A stretch of 64,000 nt of DNA from the sequence record LT603033.1; one strand, 5' to 3'. The position numbers and the translations under genes are program-made. Under the pieces are notes generated by a model. That model was not told the DNA's origin. It searched no databases and saw nothing but the letters and a program-made list of their open reading frames with translations. Numbering within the stretch: the first letter of the stretch is position 1; the number at the start of each line of letters is the position of its first letter. Shown in pieces: positions 39,013 to 53,788 of this stretch.

Positions 39013-39702
39013 TTAAACCAATGCTGGGATGTATTGGAAAAGTTTAACACCGAAATCACCTGCTGCATCAGCAGATTGGGAACGTAGGTAAACTTCGGTA
39101 ACACCATCTTTAGCAAGTAGTGGAACACCAGTTAGATCATCAATTAGTAGACGGCCTTCTTCGGATTCAGTACTTGGTACACCTTGTGGTGATTTAAGAT
39201 CTTTGTTAAAGACACCAGCACGTTCAACTAGGAAGGTAACAACAGAAGCATCAGCAATACTAACTGAACCTGCACTCAATACACCATCAGGTGCGTTGGT
39301 GAAACCAGTAACTGGAAATACTTCAAGACCATTACCTGCGATGTTAGAGGTAGCGATGATAACCGCACGTTGTTGAACAACATCGACAATACGTTTAACG
39401 TTAGTTTGTGCTGCATAAGATGCATTGTAATCAGCTTCTAGTGTGCCAAGAACAAATGCAGTTCCATCAATACGTTTGATACCTTTATCATTTAGATATG
39501 CTAGAATTTCTTCTGGAATATCAGTGTTTAGAAAACGTTGTAGACCAGCATAAGAAGAAACTGCACCAGTAACTAGAACGTTTACGTTTCCTAGCTTACT
39601 GATAGCAATGGATGCTAGGGCGTTAGTGCCACAAAAGTAACCTAGAATACGTTCAAAGGAATAACCATTGATACGTTCAAAAGAAGTATTAGTATATGAC
39701 AT
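39013..39702 (-). CDS. Probable virion structural protein (paralog of 39717-40316)
   Basis: MCP-like codon bias; late-promoter operon; shares QQRAV(I/L) and TFxxERxxVFNK motifs with its neighbour. Confidence 0.6.
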   Translation of the reverse strand: MSYTNTSFERINGYSFERILGYFCGTNALASIAISKLGNVNVLVTGAVSSYAGLQRFLNTDIPEEILAYLNDKGIKRIDGTAFVLGTLEADYNASYAAQTNVKRIVDVVQQRAVIIATSNIAGNGLEVFPVTGFTNAPDGVLSAGSVSIADASVVTFLVERAGVFNKDLKSPQGVPSTESEEGRLLIDDLTGVPLLAKDGVTEVYLRSQSADAAGDFGVKLFQYIPALV

Positions 39703-39716
39703 AATCTATCCTCCTA

Positions 39717-40316
39717 TTATAGTTGAACAGGAAGAGCAGCACGTACTTTAATTGCTACAGCAGTAGATGCACCTGCATCACCAACACCATCAGTACCTTG
39801 ACTTACGAAAGTTTTGGTACGGAAAACTTTAGCTTGAGCGATAGACTTAGCTAGGTCAACAGTTGGATCAACTGGAGCAGGACATGCTGAACCAGGACGA
39901 ACTTCTTGCTTGTTAAATACGTCTTGACGTTCACAGATGAAAGTCAATGCAACAGAATTAGCACCACCTGCTACATCAGCACCACTAGTACCGAACGCAA
40001 CTACGTTTGGATTAGCATTTTTGAAATCAGCAGGAATAACAACTTCTGAATCAAGAGCTAGTAGAGAGGTAGTAACTAGAACTGCACGTTGTTGTAGTAG
40101 TTGGGTAACCATGAATAGGTTATATTGAGCATTACTTAGAGCAGTTTGATACGCTTCAGCTTGAACATCAGAACCGTCAGAAGTAACTTTGGTAGTACCT
40201 AGTTCAACATCAGTTGGTAGATCGATTACGATGGTAACGAAACCGTTATTACCACCCCACCATTCGCGAGCAACGCTAGACATACCATAGTTACGGTTAA
40301 AAGAATTAAGACTCAT
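39717..40316 (-). CDS. Probable virion structural protein (paralog of 39013-39702)
   Basis: AAGGAG RBS; two upstream GATAAATA late-promoter motifs; strong codon bias. Confidence 0.6.
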   Translation of the reverse strand: MSLNSFNRNYGMSSVAREWWGGNNGFVTIVIDLPTDVELGTTKVTSDGSDVQAEAYQTALSNAQYNLFMVTQLLQQRAVLVTTSLLALDSEVVIPADFKNANPNVVAFGTSGADVAGGANSVALTFICERQDVFNKQEVRPGSACPAPVDPTVDLAKSIAQAKVFRTKTFVSQGTDGVGDAGASTAVAIKVRAALPVQL

Positions 40317-40362
40317 GAAAATCTCCTTGTCAAATTTTGTGCAGGTATATCCTGCTTAAAGT

Positions 40363-40434
40363 TATTTATCAAAAAATATCACTAGCATTTAAATTTACTG
40401 AGATATTTAATGAATTTCTATGATATTATTTATC
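40363..40434 (-). promoter_or_regulatory. Two tandem late-promoter motifs (GATAAATA at 40363-40370 and 40427-40434)
   Basis: Both read TGATAAATA on minus, upstream of the structural pair. Confidence 0.55.
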
Positions 40435-40439
40435 AAATC

Positions 40440-40468
40440 TGGGAAAGTGATTCAAGATGTGCTATAAT
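40440..40468 (+). promoter_or_regulatory. YGRGACA-N16-TATAAT class promoter (RNase H operon)
   Basis: TGGGAAA-GTGATTCAAGATGTGC-TATAAT; one mismatch in the upstream box. Confidence 0.6.
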
Positions 40469-40477
40469 TATCAATGA

Positions 40478-45735
<5,258 letters not shown>

Positions 45736-45746
45736 TTAAAAAAATA

Positions 45747-45775
45747 TGGGACAGTATAAAAACCTGTGCTATAAT
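45747..45775 (+). promoter_or_regulatory. YGRGACA-N16-TATAAT class promoter (gp32, proximal)
   Basis: TGGGACA-GTATAAAAACCTGTGC-TATAAT. Confidence 0.7.
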
Positions 45776-45862
45776 GTAAAACGTTGAAGGAACAATGAAG
45801 TTTCTGAAACATTGAAGCCAATTAACAAATAACAAAGAAACCCAAAATCAAGGAAGATATAT

Positions 45863-46915
45863 ATGAAATCTCTAGCTGAAATTCGTGCACACCTAAAAGC
45901 AGAACAAGAAAAAGCAGAAGCTCAAAAGAATGGTACATTTACTGGCGAGCGTAAAGCTGATTCGTTCTTAGCTTTCTGGAACGTACCTTATAACGAACCA
46001 CTAAACCTACGTTTTCTACCAGATGCAGATGAGTCTAACCCATTCTTCTGGCGTGAACGTGACATGATTAACCTAACTTTCAATGGTGTAGTCGGTATGC
46101 ACACTGATAAAGTTACCGTTCAAGTACCTTGTAACGAAATGTGGGTTCCTAAATCCTGTCCGGTTCTGAAAGAAGTACGTCAATGGTTCCAAAGTGCGAA
46201 TGAAACAGGGAACGAAGAACTAAAAGCAATGGCTGGTCGTTACTGGAAGAAGAAAACCTATCTAATGCAATGTTTTATTGCTCCTGATAGCGTTGCAGTA
46301 AAAGACGACATTGCACCAGAAAATCCAATTCGTCGTATTCTGGCTAACAAAGATATCTTTGATAAAGTTAAATCCATCCTGCTAAACCCAGGCATCAAAG
46401 AGTCTCCAACTCACTACGTTCAAGGTCGTGATTTTGGTATTGTTAAAACTAAGAATGGTGGTGGTTATAATAGCTACGACATGTCTCAATTCTCCATGTC
46501 TGAGCGTCCACTAAACGAAGAAGAACTAGCAGCAATTGAAAAATATGGCCTATACAATCTAAATGATTTTATGCCAAAACAACCAACTCCAGAAGAGTTG
46601 AAAGCAATTGAAGAAATGTTCGAAGCATCAGTAAATGGTGAAGCATATGATCCAGCACGTTGGGCATTTGCATATCGTCCAGCAGGTGTACCAAAACCTA
46701 ACTCTGGAACTGTTACTGAATCAAAACCAACTCCTGCTCCAGTACAACAAGAGTCAGCACCTGCACCAGTATCACCTACTGCTCCAGTTACACCAGCCCC
46801 ACAAGCTGCTCCAGTAACTCCAGTCGCTACCCCAGCAGCAACCACTCCTGAAGCACCAAAAGAACAACTATCTGCATCTGCACTAGTTGCTCGTTTGAAA
46901 CAACAAGGTAAGTAA
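45863..46915 (+). CDS. gp32: Single-stranded DNA-binding protein
   Basis: LRFLPDADESNPFFW; CPVLKEVRQWF; AGRYWKKK; GRDFGIVK; Pro/Ala-rich C-terminal linker. Confidence 0.85.
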   Translation: MKSLAEIRAHLKAEQEKAEAQKNGTFTGERKADSFLAFWNVPYNEPLNLRFLPDADESNPFFWRERDMINLTFNGVVGMHTDKVTVQVPCNEMWVPKSCPVLKEVRQWFQSANETGNEELKAMAGRYWKKKTYLMQCFIAPDSVAVKDDIAPENPIRRILANKDIFDKVKSILLNPGIKESPTHYVQGRDFGIVKTKNGGGYNSYDMSQFSMSERPLNEEELAAIEKYGLYNLNDFMPKQPTPEELKAIEEMFEASVNGEAYDPARWAFAYRPAGVPKPNSGTVTESKPTPAPVQQESAPAPVSPTAPVTPAPQAAPVTPVATPAATTPEAPKEQLSASALVARLKQQGK

Positions 46916-46933
46916 TAGTTTTTGAAAAGTTAA

Positions 46934-46960
46934 GGGGCAACGGAGTTTGCCCCGTTTTAT
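46934..46960 (+). terminator. Intrinsic terminator after gp32
   Basis: GGGGCAA-loop-TTGCCCC followed by GTTTTAT. Confidence 0.65.
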
Positions 46961-46984
46961 TTCATAAAATTCAAGGAGCGAATT

Positions 46985-48103
46985 ATGAAAATGACAAGTG
47001 GTTTTGCGAACATTCTTAAAAACAGTACTGGTAGTGTTAAAAAGAATACTGGTGTTAGTGTTGGTTTTCATGATCCAGATACATGGGTTAGTACTGGTAA
47101 CTATGCACTAAATTATCGCATCAGTGGCTATTTTGACCGTGGTATCCCACTAGGCAAAGTAACGATGTTTGCTGGTGAATCAGGTAGTGGTAAATCTTTT
47201 ATCGTATCTGGTAATATTGCACGTGAAGCTCAAAAACAAGGCATCTTTGTTGTTATGATTGACTCAGAGAACGCATTGGATTCAGATTGGCTTCAAGCAC
47301 TTGGTGTTGACACTTCTGAAGAAAAACTTTTGAAAGTCAATATGGGTATGATTGGTGACGTTGCAAAATTCACCTATGAGTTCATTGAAGGATATCGTAA
47401 AGAATACGAAAATACACCTAAAGATGAACGTCAAAAAGTATTGTTTATTATTGATTCAATTGGTATGCTAAACACTGAAGTAGCCAATGATCAAATGAAA
47501 GCGGGTAACCTTAAAGGTGACATGGGTCATAAACCCAAACAGCTTAAAGCATATATCACAAACTGTGTAAACTCTATTGGTTCATTGAACATTGGTATGG
47601 TTTGCGTTAACCACAGTTATGAATCTCAGGACATGTTTAACCCAGATCCTAAAGTTTCAGGTGGTAGTGGCTTGATTTATGCTTCATCTATGGTTATCGC
47701 AATGGGTAAATTAAAACTTAAAGAAGATGAAGACGGAAATAAAACTTCCGAAGTAAATGGTATTCGTGCTAAATGTAAAGTCATGAAGACTCGTTACAAC
47801 AAGCCGTTCGAAGATGTAGAAATTAAAATTCCTTGGGATAAAGGTATGGACCCACGTAGTGGTCTACTAGATATGTTTGAAAAATACGGTCTAATCACTA
47901 AATCAGGTAACCGTCTATTGTATGTTGATATTGTAACTGGCGAACAGATTCTAAAATATCGCAAAGAGTGGATGCGTAATGAAGATTCATGTCTTGATTT
48001 GGTAATGCATCAATTTAAAAATCATCCTTTGATTGAAGAAGTTAAAGAAGAAGAAAAAGGTGATGAAACTTTTGGTACTGATGTGGATATTAGTGAGGAA
48101 TAA
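46985..48103 (+). CDS. uvsX: RecA-like recombinase
   Basis: STGNYALN; FAGESGSGKS Walker A; IDSENALD; IIDSIG; SGGSGLIYASS. Confidence 0.92.
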   Translation: MKMTSGFANILKNSTGSVKKNTGVSVGFHDPDTWVSTGNYALNYRISGYFDRGIPLGKVTMFAGESGSGKSFIVSGNIAREAQKQGIFVVMIDSENALDSDWLQALGVDTSEEKLLKVNMGMIGDVAKFTYEFIEGYRKEYENTPKDERQKVLFIIDSIGMLNTEVANDQMKAGNLKGDMGHKPKQLKAYITNCVNSIGSLNIGMVCVNHSYESQDMFNPDPKVSGGSGLIYASSMVIAMGKLKLKEDEDGNKTSEVNGIRAKCKVMKTRYNKPFEDVEIKIPWDKGMDPRSGLLDMFEKYGLITKSGNRLLYVDIVTGEQILKYRKEWMRNEDSCLDLVMHQFKNHPLIEEVKEEEKGDETFGTDVDISEE

Positions 48104-48564
48104 TGAAACCTTGGCATTGGATTATCAAAGATGATAAATCTAAAATTATTGAAATGATTGAGTTCTTTAACAACGAAGTTGAAGAAGCTCGTCGTGAAGT
48201 AAAGAAGATTGGCATCATTGAAAAAATTGCTCAAGAGATTCCTGGCTGGCATGAGACGCGTCTAAGCCAGCTTCAAGAACTTGAAGCAGTATTGGAAATG
48301 TTAGAAATTGAAATGCGTCAGGTACAAGCCGAGAAGTTCAAATACTTTCTCGAAGGATACCGCCGTGCACTATCTTCATCTGACTGTAAAAAGTATGTTG
48401 AAGGTGATAAAGATGTTTGTGAGTTAGCAGAACTTATAAACGAGGTATCTTATATAAGAAATACATATTCAAGTATTGTTAAATCCTTAGAGATGAAAGC
48501 TTTTCAGTTAAACAATATTGTGAGACTACGTGCCGCTGGTATTGAGGATGCACGTTTAGAATAA
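48103..48564 (+). CDS. uvsY: Recombination mediator
   Basis: Coupled to uvsX; ALSSSDCKKYVEGD and IVKSLEMKAFQLNNIVRLRAAGIED are UvsY-like. Confidence 0.75.
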   Translation: MKPWHWIIKDDKSKIIEMIEFFNNEVEEARREVKKIGIIEKIAQEIPGWHETRLSQLQELEAVLEMLEIEMRQVQAEKFKYFLEGYRRALSSSDCKKYVEGDKDVCELAELINEVSYIRNTYSSIVKSLEMKAFQLNNIVRLRAAGIEDARLE

Positions 48565-48572
48565 TTATCATT

Positions 48573-48596
48573 AAGGACGCATATCGCGTCCTTTTT
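48573..48596 (+). terminator. Intrinsic terminator after uvsY
   Basis: AAGGACGC-ATATC-GCGTCCTT followed by TTT. Confidence 0.75.
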
Positions 48597-48611
48597 CTAT
48601 GCGAGAATAAA

Positions 48612-49430
48612 ATGACAAAATTAAATGAGTTTTTATCAAATGTAGCAGTTCTAGATACTGAAACTACTGGGGTTGAGAGTGAAGATGATATTATTGAATT
48701 TAGTATCTCGTATCCACATACTTCACATGAAAACATTGATACTATTGATAACTATACATTGAGATACAAACCCTTGAAAGATATTCCACCAGAGGCATCT
48801 GCTGTGCACTTTATCAGTACTGAGGATGTAGCTAATTGTGTTGGGTATAAAGATGATTTAGATAACATTGATGCACTTATGGGATGCCGTAAGTATTTTG
48901 TTGGTCATAATGTACAATTTGACCGTAGAATGATGGTAGATAACGAATATAAATATCGTAACTCAATTTCACAGTACTTACTTGATGAAAATAAATGGAT
49001 TTGTACCCTTCGTCTTGCTAAGAAAATGTTCGCAGAAGATATTGAATTTAAAAACTTAACTCTAAGTTATTTGTGGTATAAGTTTGGATGTTATCGTGAT
49101 GTTCATCGACCTGTTAATGCACACGCAGCAAAAGACGATGTGTTTATGTGTTATCAGGTTCTAATCAAATTAGTTGAAATTGCAATCGAACGTGGACATA
49201 TCGAACCTAATGGTGATATTGGTGAGCAAATTGTAACTTTCTGCAACACACCAATGCGTTATCAATTCATGCCATTTGGTAAACACAAAGGTGAGCCAAT
49301 GAGTACAGTTCCATTGAATTACATTGAATGGATGATTACTAATAGTGACATTTTAGATGCAAGTAACCCTAACTGTGATAAAGATTTAGTATATACATTT
49401 GAGTACGAATATAATACTCGAACTAATTAA
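48612..49430 (+). CDS. DEDDh 3'-5' exonuclease (DnaQ/exonuclease X-like)
   Basis: VLDTETTG, VGHNVQFD, AHAAKDD; C-terminal MPFGKHKG...YIEWM domain. Confidence 0.88.
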   Translation: MTKLNEFLSNVAVLDTETTGVESEDDIIEFSISYPHTSHENIDTIDNYTLRYKPLKDIPPEASAVHFISTEDVANCVGYKDDLDNIDALMGCRKYFVGHNVQFDRRMMVDNEYKYRNSISQYLLDENKWICTLRLAKKMFAEDIEFKNLTLSYLWYKFGCYRDVHRPVNAHAAKDDVFMCYQVLIKLVEIAIERGHIEPNGDIGEQIVTFCNTPMRYQFMPFGKHKGEPMSTVPLNYIEWMITNSDILDASNPNCDKDLVYTFEYEYNTRTN

Positions 49431-49445
49431 TAAAGGTAATCATGG

Positions 49446-50930
49446 ATGAAAACTTGTAAGTTAACCTTATTGGATGAGGTGAATTGTAAATTTGAGGGAC
49501 TTGATCCCTCAATTAGACAAAAGATGATTCGTGCAACTGAATATGTGTTACCATATGCAAAGTTCACACCAGCAGGACGTATTGGACGTTGGGATGGTAA
49601 AGTTCAGTTTATGAATTTAGGCGGAACAACTTATTATCATATGTTAGATAAGTTATTGCCTATTCTTGATGAAGCTAAGATTGACATTGAATTAGTAGAT
49701 CATAGGGTAGATTATGGATTTAAATTTGACCCCATTGATGAAGATATTTTTAGTGATGTTGTATTCGGTGCAGGACACCACATGGAAGGTAAATCCATAA
49801 AACTACGTGAACATCAAGTTAATGCGGTTAATGCATGTTTGGCTAATCCACACGGACTGCTATTGGCAGCTACTGGTGCAGGTAAAACTCTCATTACTGC
49901 TGCATTGTCAAAGAAAGTGCAAGAGTATGGACGTTCTGTTATAATAGTACCAAGTACTGACTTAGTACAACAAACATATGATGACTACATTATGTGTGGG
50001 TTGGATACTGGCATGTTCTATGGTTCACAAAAAGATTTTGGTCACCAACATACTATTACGACTTGGCAATCATTTAACTCTCTATGGAAGAAAACCAAGA
50101 AAGGTGAAATTGAATTAACTGAACAAGACGTGAATGATTTTATCGATGGAGTAGTTTGTGTTATCGTTGATGAGTGTCAAGGTGCAGGCGGTGACGCATT
50201 AGTTCAAGTACTTTCTAAAGTTATGAATAACGTACCATTACGTTGGGGTCTTACTGGAACAATTCCTAAAGATCCGGTAGTTGCCGCGAAAATCAAATGT
50301 AATGTTGGTGATGTTATATTTAAAATAACTGCAAAGGAATTACAAGATAAACAAATACTAAGTACATGTAATGTGAATTGCATCAAACTAAAAAGTAGTA
50401 TGAAGTTTGCATCATATGCTGAAGAGTTGAAATACTTAGTAACTGACAGAGATAGGATGGCATATGTAGCGTCATTGATATCTGCGTTATCTGAATCAGG
50501 AAACACTTTAGTTTTAGTAGATAGACTTGAAGCAGGTGAGTTGCTATGTGAATTTTTAGGCATTCCCAAATCAGAATTCGTTCGTGGAGAAACTAAAAAG
50601 AAAGATCGAGAATCATCTTATGGTGAAATTCGTTGGGCTGATAATAAAATACTTATTGCGACATACGGCGTTGCCAGTACTGGTATTAGTATTTCAAGGT
50701 TATATAATGTAGTATTGATTGAGCCAGGAAAAAGTTTTGTAAGAACTATACAGTCAATTGGACGTGGATTACGCCGAGCAGAAGATAAAGACCACGTAGA
50801 AATATATGATATTAGTGGTTCTAATAAGTATAGTGCTAAGCATTTACGAGAACGTTTAGCTTACTATAAGGAAGCACAATATCCTCATAGTATAATAGAT
50901 GTTAAAGATTGGGAAAACACAGCGGGATAA
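49446..50930 (+). CDS. uvsW: Superfamily 2 DNA/RNA helicase
   Basis: LREHQ; ATGAGKT; IVDEC; GLTGT; STGISI; QSIGRGLR. Confidence 0.92.
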   Translation: MKTCKLTLLDEVNCKFEGLDPSIRQKMIRATEYVLPYAKFTPAGRIGRWDGKVQFMNLGGTTYYHMLDKLLPILDEAKIDIELVDHRVDYGFKFDPIDEDIFSDVVFGAGHHMEGKSIKLREHQVNAVNACLANPHGLLLAATGAGKTLITAALSKKVQEYGRSVIIVPSTDLVQQTYDDYIMCGLDTGMFYGSQKDFGHQHTITTWQSFNSLWKKTKKGEIELTEQDVNDFIDGVVCVIVDECQGAGGDALVQVLSKVMNNVPLRWGLTGTIPKDPVVAAKIKCNVGDVIFKITAKELQDKQILSTCNVNCIKLKSSMKFASYAEELKYLVTDRDRMAYVASLISALSESGNTLVLVDRLEAGELLCEFLGIPKSEFVRGETKKKDRESSYGEIRWADNKILIATYGVASTGISISRLYNVVLIEPGKSFVRTIQSIGRGLRRAEDKDHVEIYDISGSNKYSAKHLRERLAYYKEAQYPHSIIDVKDWENTAG

Positions 50931-50951
50931 ACCCGCTGTTTGTGATATAAT
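50923..50951 (+). promoter_or_regulatory. YGRGACA-N16-TATAAT class promoter overlapping the uvsW terminator hairpin
   Basis: CGGGATA-AACCCGCTGTTTGTGA-TATAAT; the upstream box lies inside hairpin ACAGCGGG/CCCGCTGT (50919-50939). Confidence 0.6.
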
Positions 50952-50985
50952 GTGTCATATGACAACAACAAGGATGTAAAATAAA

Positions 50986-51414
50986 ATGGAATTGAGATCT
51001 AGTATTGCTTTTATTTGTGACCAAGAAACTTTAGAAGTTATGGATGTATTGTTGAACGATGATGGTATTATGGATGACATGGTATCTTCTCTTGACTATA
51101 TACCTGAGCTAGAAACGGATGATACTAACGTATGGAGATGTAATATTGATAGTGATTCTTGGATTAATATCTATGAATTACAGACACGAATTGATTCTAA
51201 AGTAGAATCATTGAAATATGATATCATCTATGCAAGTACTGACACGAAAACTTTTATTGATGTAGTAAGTCTAAGTGGTAATTTTGATTCATATCTGGAT
51301 ACTGATGTAGATAAAATTCAAGAGATGTGTGAAACTTATGGACTTGAATTTTATGGGGTAGAAGACCAAGATGATGAAGAATATTATGATGACGAAGAAG
51401 ATTCGCAGTACTAA
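50986..51414 (+). CDS. Acidic hypothetical protein
   Basis: 142-aa ORF with AAGGA RBS; D/E-rich tail. Confidence 0.6.
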   Translation: MELRSSIAFICDQETLEVMDVLLNDDGIMDDMVSSLDYIPELETDDTNVWRCNIDSDSWINIYELQTRIDSKVESLKYDIIYASTDTKTFIDVVSLSGNFDSYLDTDVDKIQEMCETYGLEFYGVEDQDDEEYYDDEEDSQY

Positions 51415-51423
51415 GGAGATGAC

Positions 51424-51921
51424 ATGAACGTATTAACACCTGAAAATAATTCTTTTGACATGGATTTAGTAACAGAACATATCCCTGAAGAAATGTATTG
51501 TGTTTTGGATCTAAGCCCAAATGGTGAATCTGATTTTTATTTTAGACATATTCTAAACACCGTATCATTTAATAGTATTAGTGCTGATCTTCAAATTGGT
51601 GAAAAGATTATTCAAGTGCCTCTAGGATGGCAAATTATGTTAGGTGATGAAGAAACTGGTATGGTTGAGATGTGTACAATTGAAAACATTCTTAACATGA
51701 AAGAACCAAAAGCTTTTGTTTACAATCCTATCCGTTCAATGTATCCTAAGTTTGAACCAGTCAAAGTACTACGTGTATTTGCATTAACTACAAAGTGGCA
51801 GATACCAATGTTACCTAAAAAGAATTTACTATGCGTCCCACTACATAGTGGTGAAAATCCACCATGTGTGTACTTTGCAGATGAAAACGAAAAAATTCAA
51901 GATTTGTATCTAGGAGTATAA
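51424..51921 (+). CDS. Hypothetical protein
   Basis: 165 aa with AAGGAG RBS; beta-rich; function not recognised. Confidence 0.6.
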   Translation: MNVLTPENNSFDMDLVTEHIPEEMYCVLDLSPNGESDFYFRHILNTVSFNSISADLQIGEKIIQVPLGWQIMLGDEETGMVEMCTIENILNMKEPKAFVYNPIRSMYPKFEPVKVLRVFALTTKWQIPMLPKKNLLCVPLHSGENPPCVYFADENEKIQDLYLGV

Positions 51922-51925
51922 AATA

Positions 51926-52771
51926 GTGTTTGATTTCAGTGATATTAAAAATAAGTCGGTCGATGATGATGAAAAACCAACACAGCATTCTTTTTCTATT
52001 GCTGAATTTCTAAAACACATTGACCGTGCTGATTATAAGTACTATAATGACATGACCGAAAAAGAACGAAAAGAGTTTACTCCATATACTGTTTTGCGAT
52101 GGGTAAGCTCTTTAGATGATTCGTTACAAGTAACCTACCCTAGTAGTAAAGTTGAAAGTGTATTTGGAAAATGGAAATCTGGTGGTAAAGAAGCACTGAC
52201 TGAACTAGTTACTGAATTAAAGTCTTCAGGGACAAATGTTTCATCAGTAACTAAGTACTGTCATAGTGATTATGATTGGCGTATTAAATTTGCAGTCCAA
52301 TCAAAAGATGACGCACAAAAATTAATATCCTCAATGGTCGAATTTGGCGTATCAGGTTCAGAAATTGTTTCATTAGTAGATACTGAAGTTGTCAAATACC
52401 AACTTATTATGCTAAATGATATGGTTAATGATGGATTTTGGGATATGAAAGAACATCCAGAATTAGTATATCAGCTTATGTGTTCAGTCCATGATATGAT
52501 TGGTGGACAAGAAATGCCACGTAACTGGTTAAACTTTTCTAAGAATTTCAAAAAGGCAAATAACGAATTATTTGAGTTAATTAAAAGCTCACAACCTGAT
52601 ACTATATCTACTCAAATGAATGAAGATGAGTACAAAATTGTTCTATTGCAGTATGATAAAAAAACATTTGAGACATTTCTTGACAATAATGGTTTTCAAG
52701 ATAATGAAAAGAAATCTATGATGAAATTGTTTAAAGAAGAATGTAAAAAATATGGCAAAGAAATCAAGTAA
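51926..52771 (+). CDS. Clamp-loader small subunit-like protein (gp62-like) with internal insertion
   Basis: GTG start with AGGAG; KEFTPYTVLRWVSS and LNDMVNDGFWDMKEHPELVYQLMC resemble gp62-family motifs separated by about 90 extra residues. Confidence 0.45.
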   Translation: MFDFSDIKNKSVDDDEKPTQHSFSIAEFLKHIDRADYKYYNDMTEKERKEFTPYTVLRWVSSLDDSLQVTYPSSKVESVFGKWKSGGKEALTELVTELKSSGTNVSSVTKYCHSDYDWRIKFAVQSKDDAQKLISSMVEFGVSGSEIVSLVDTEVVKYQLIMLNDMVNDGFWDMKEHPELVYQLMCSVHDMIGGQEMPRNWLNFSKNFKKANNELFELIKSSQPDTISTQMNEDEYKIVLLQYDKKTFETFLDNNGFQDNEKKSMMKLFKEECKKYGKEIK

Positions 52772-53462
52772 TAAAGTATATACCTGTAGATTTTGTGATC
52801 GTGAATTTAAACGTGAAGAAACTGTAAACACACATAAATGTATAAAACGTGACCGATACGAAGACCGCCAAAGCCGCCAGATGATGGAGGCTTTTCGTAT
52901 ATATATGCAATTTATGGAATTGAATAAGTTCCCATTTAAAAAAGGCGTAGAGCCTTTTATTGCTTTTATAAAGTCAAAGTACTTTAATGATTTTTATAGT
53001 TTTGCCGAATACTATTTGAATAATAGAGATATTATTAATGTGGACGAGTTTGTAAAGTACTTGATTATCAATAACAAACCAATCACGGAATGGAGTACAT
53101 ATAAAGCAAAAGATGAATGGATATTAAAAACAATTCGTGCCGAGCACCCAAAAGAAGCAATTGCAAGAAGTGTTATCTCACTGGTTGAATGGGCTGAAAA
53201 TTTGAATGTACAATGGAATACTTTCTTTGAAAATGTAAGTTCTGCCCGTGCAATTGCATGGATTGAGAGTGGTAAAATTTCACCTTGGATTATCTGGCTT
53301 GCTCCTAAAAAAAGTACTAATAAGTTTTTTAAAAAACTATCAAACTCAGAAATTGAATATATACTTAAATACATCGATCCAAGTTATTTTGAAATCAAAA
53401 CTATAAAATACAAAAAGGATTGTGATGAAATTAAGATTATGCTATGTGAGGCAGGATTATGA
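52752..53462 (+). CDS. Hypothetical protein with N-terminal zinc finger
   Basis: YTCRFCDREFKREETVNTHKC; C-terminal SGKISPW. Confidence 0.6.
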   Translation: MAKKSSNKVYTCRFCDREFKREETVNTHKCIKRDRYEDRQSRQMMEAFRIYMQFMELNKFPFKKGVEPFIAFIKSKYFNDFYSFAEYYLNNRDIINVDEFVKYLIINNKPITEWSTYKAKDEWILKTIRAEHPKEAIARSVISLVEWAENLNVQWNTFFENVSSARAIAWIESGKISPWIIWLAPKKSTNKFFKKLSNSEIEYILKYIDPSYFEIKTIKYKKDCDEIKIMLCEAGL

Positions 53463-53788
53463 ATGGAAAAAGTATATATAATAAAATACCAGAAGGGTAT
53501 GTACCTGTACCTAAAGAACAAAAATCAAAACAAATATCTCTACTTAGACAAGGATCTATTACTGAAATAACTTTAGATGGTAAAACATTTCAAGTTCATG
53601 ATCCTGCTCGTATTGAAAAAATTATTTCTTTGGTAGAAAGACACGAAGAACGCTTTTTCAGTTTAAGTCAAGAATTGGCAAAGACAAAACAAAATTGTAG
53701 ATTATTAGAGAATCAAATATCAACTTTGACTAATACAGTTAAACAGTTACAGGAGCAAATAAAAAATGCAGGATTCGACCGATTCTAA
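53459..53788 (+). CDS. Coiled-coil hypothetical protein
   Basis: 109 aa; heptad-like C-terminal half; coupled to neighbours. Confidence 0.55.
   Translation: MNGKSIYNKIPEGYVPVPKEQKSKQISLLRQGSITEITLDGKTFQVHDPARIEKIISLVERHEERFFSLSQELAKTKQNCRLLENQISTLTNTVKQLQEQIKNAGFDRF

Noticed and set aside
51424-51921. Possible standalone Hint/intein-like fold (ADLQIGEKI)
   Set aside because: Only a vague resemblance; no N-terminal Cys/Ser, TxxH or terminal HN motif. Needs a profile search.
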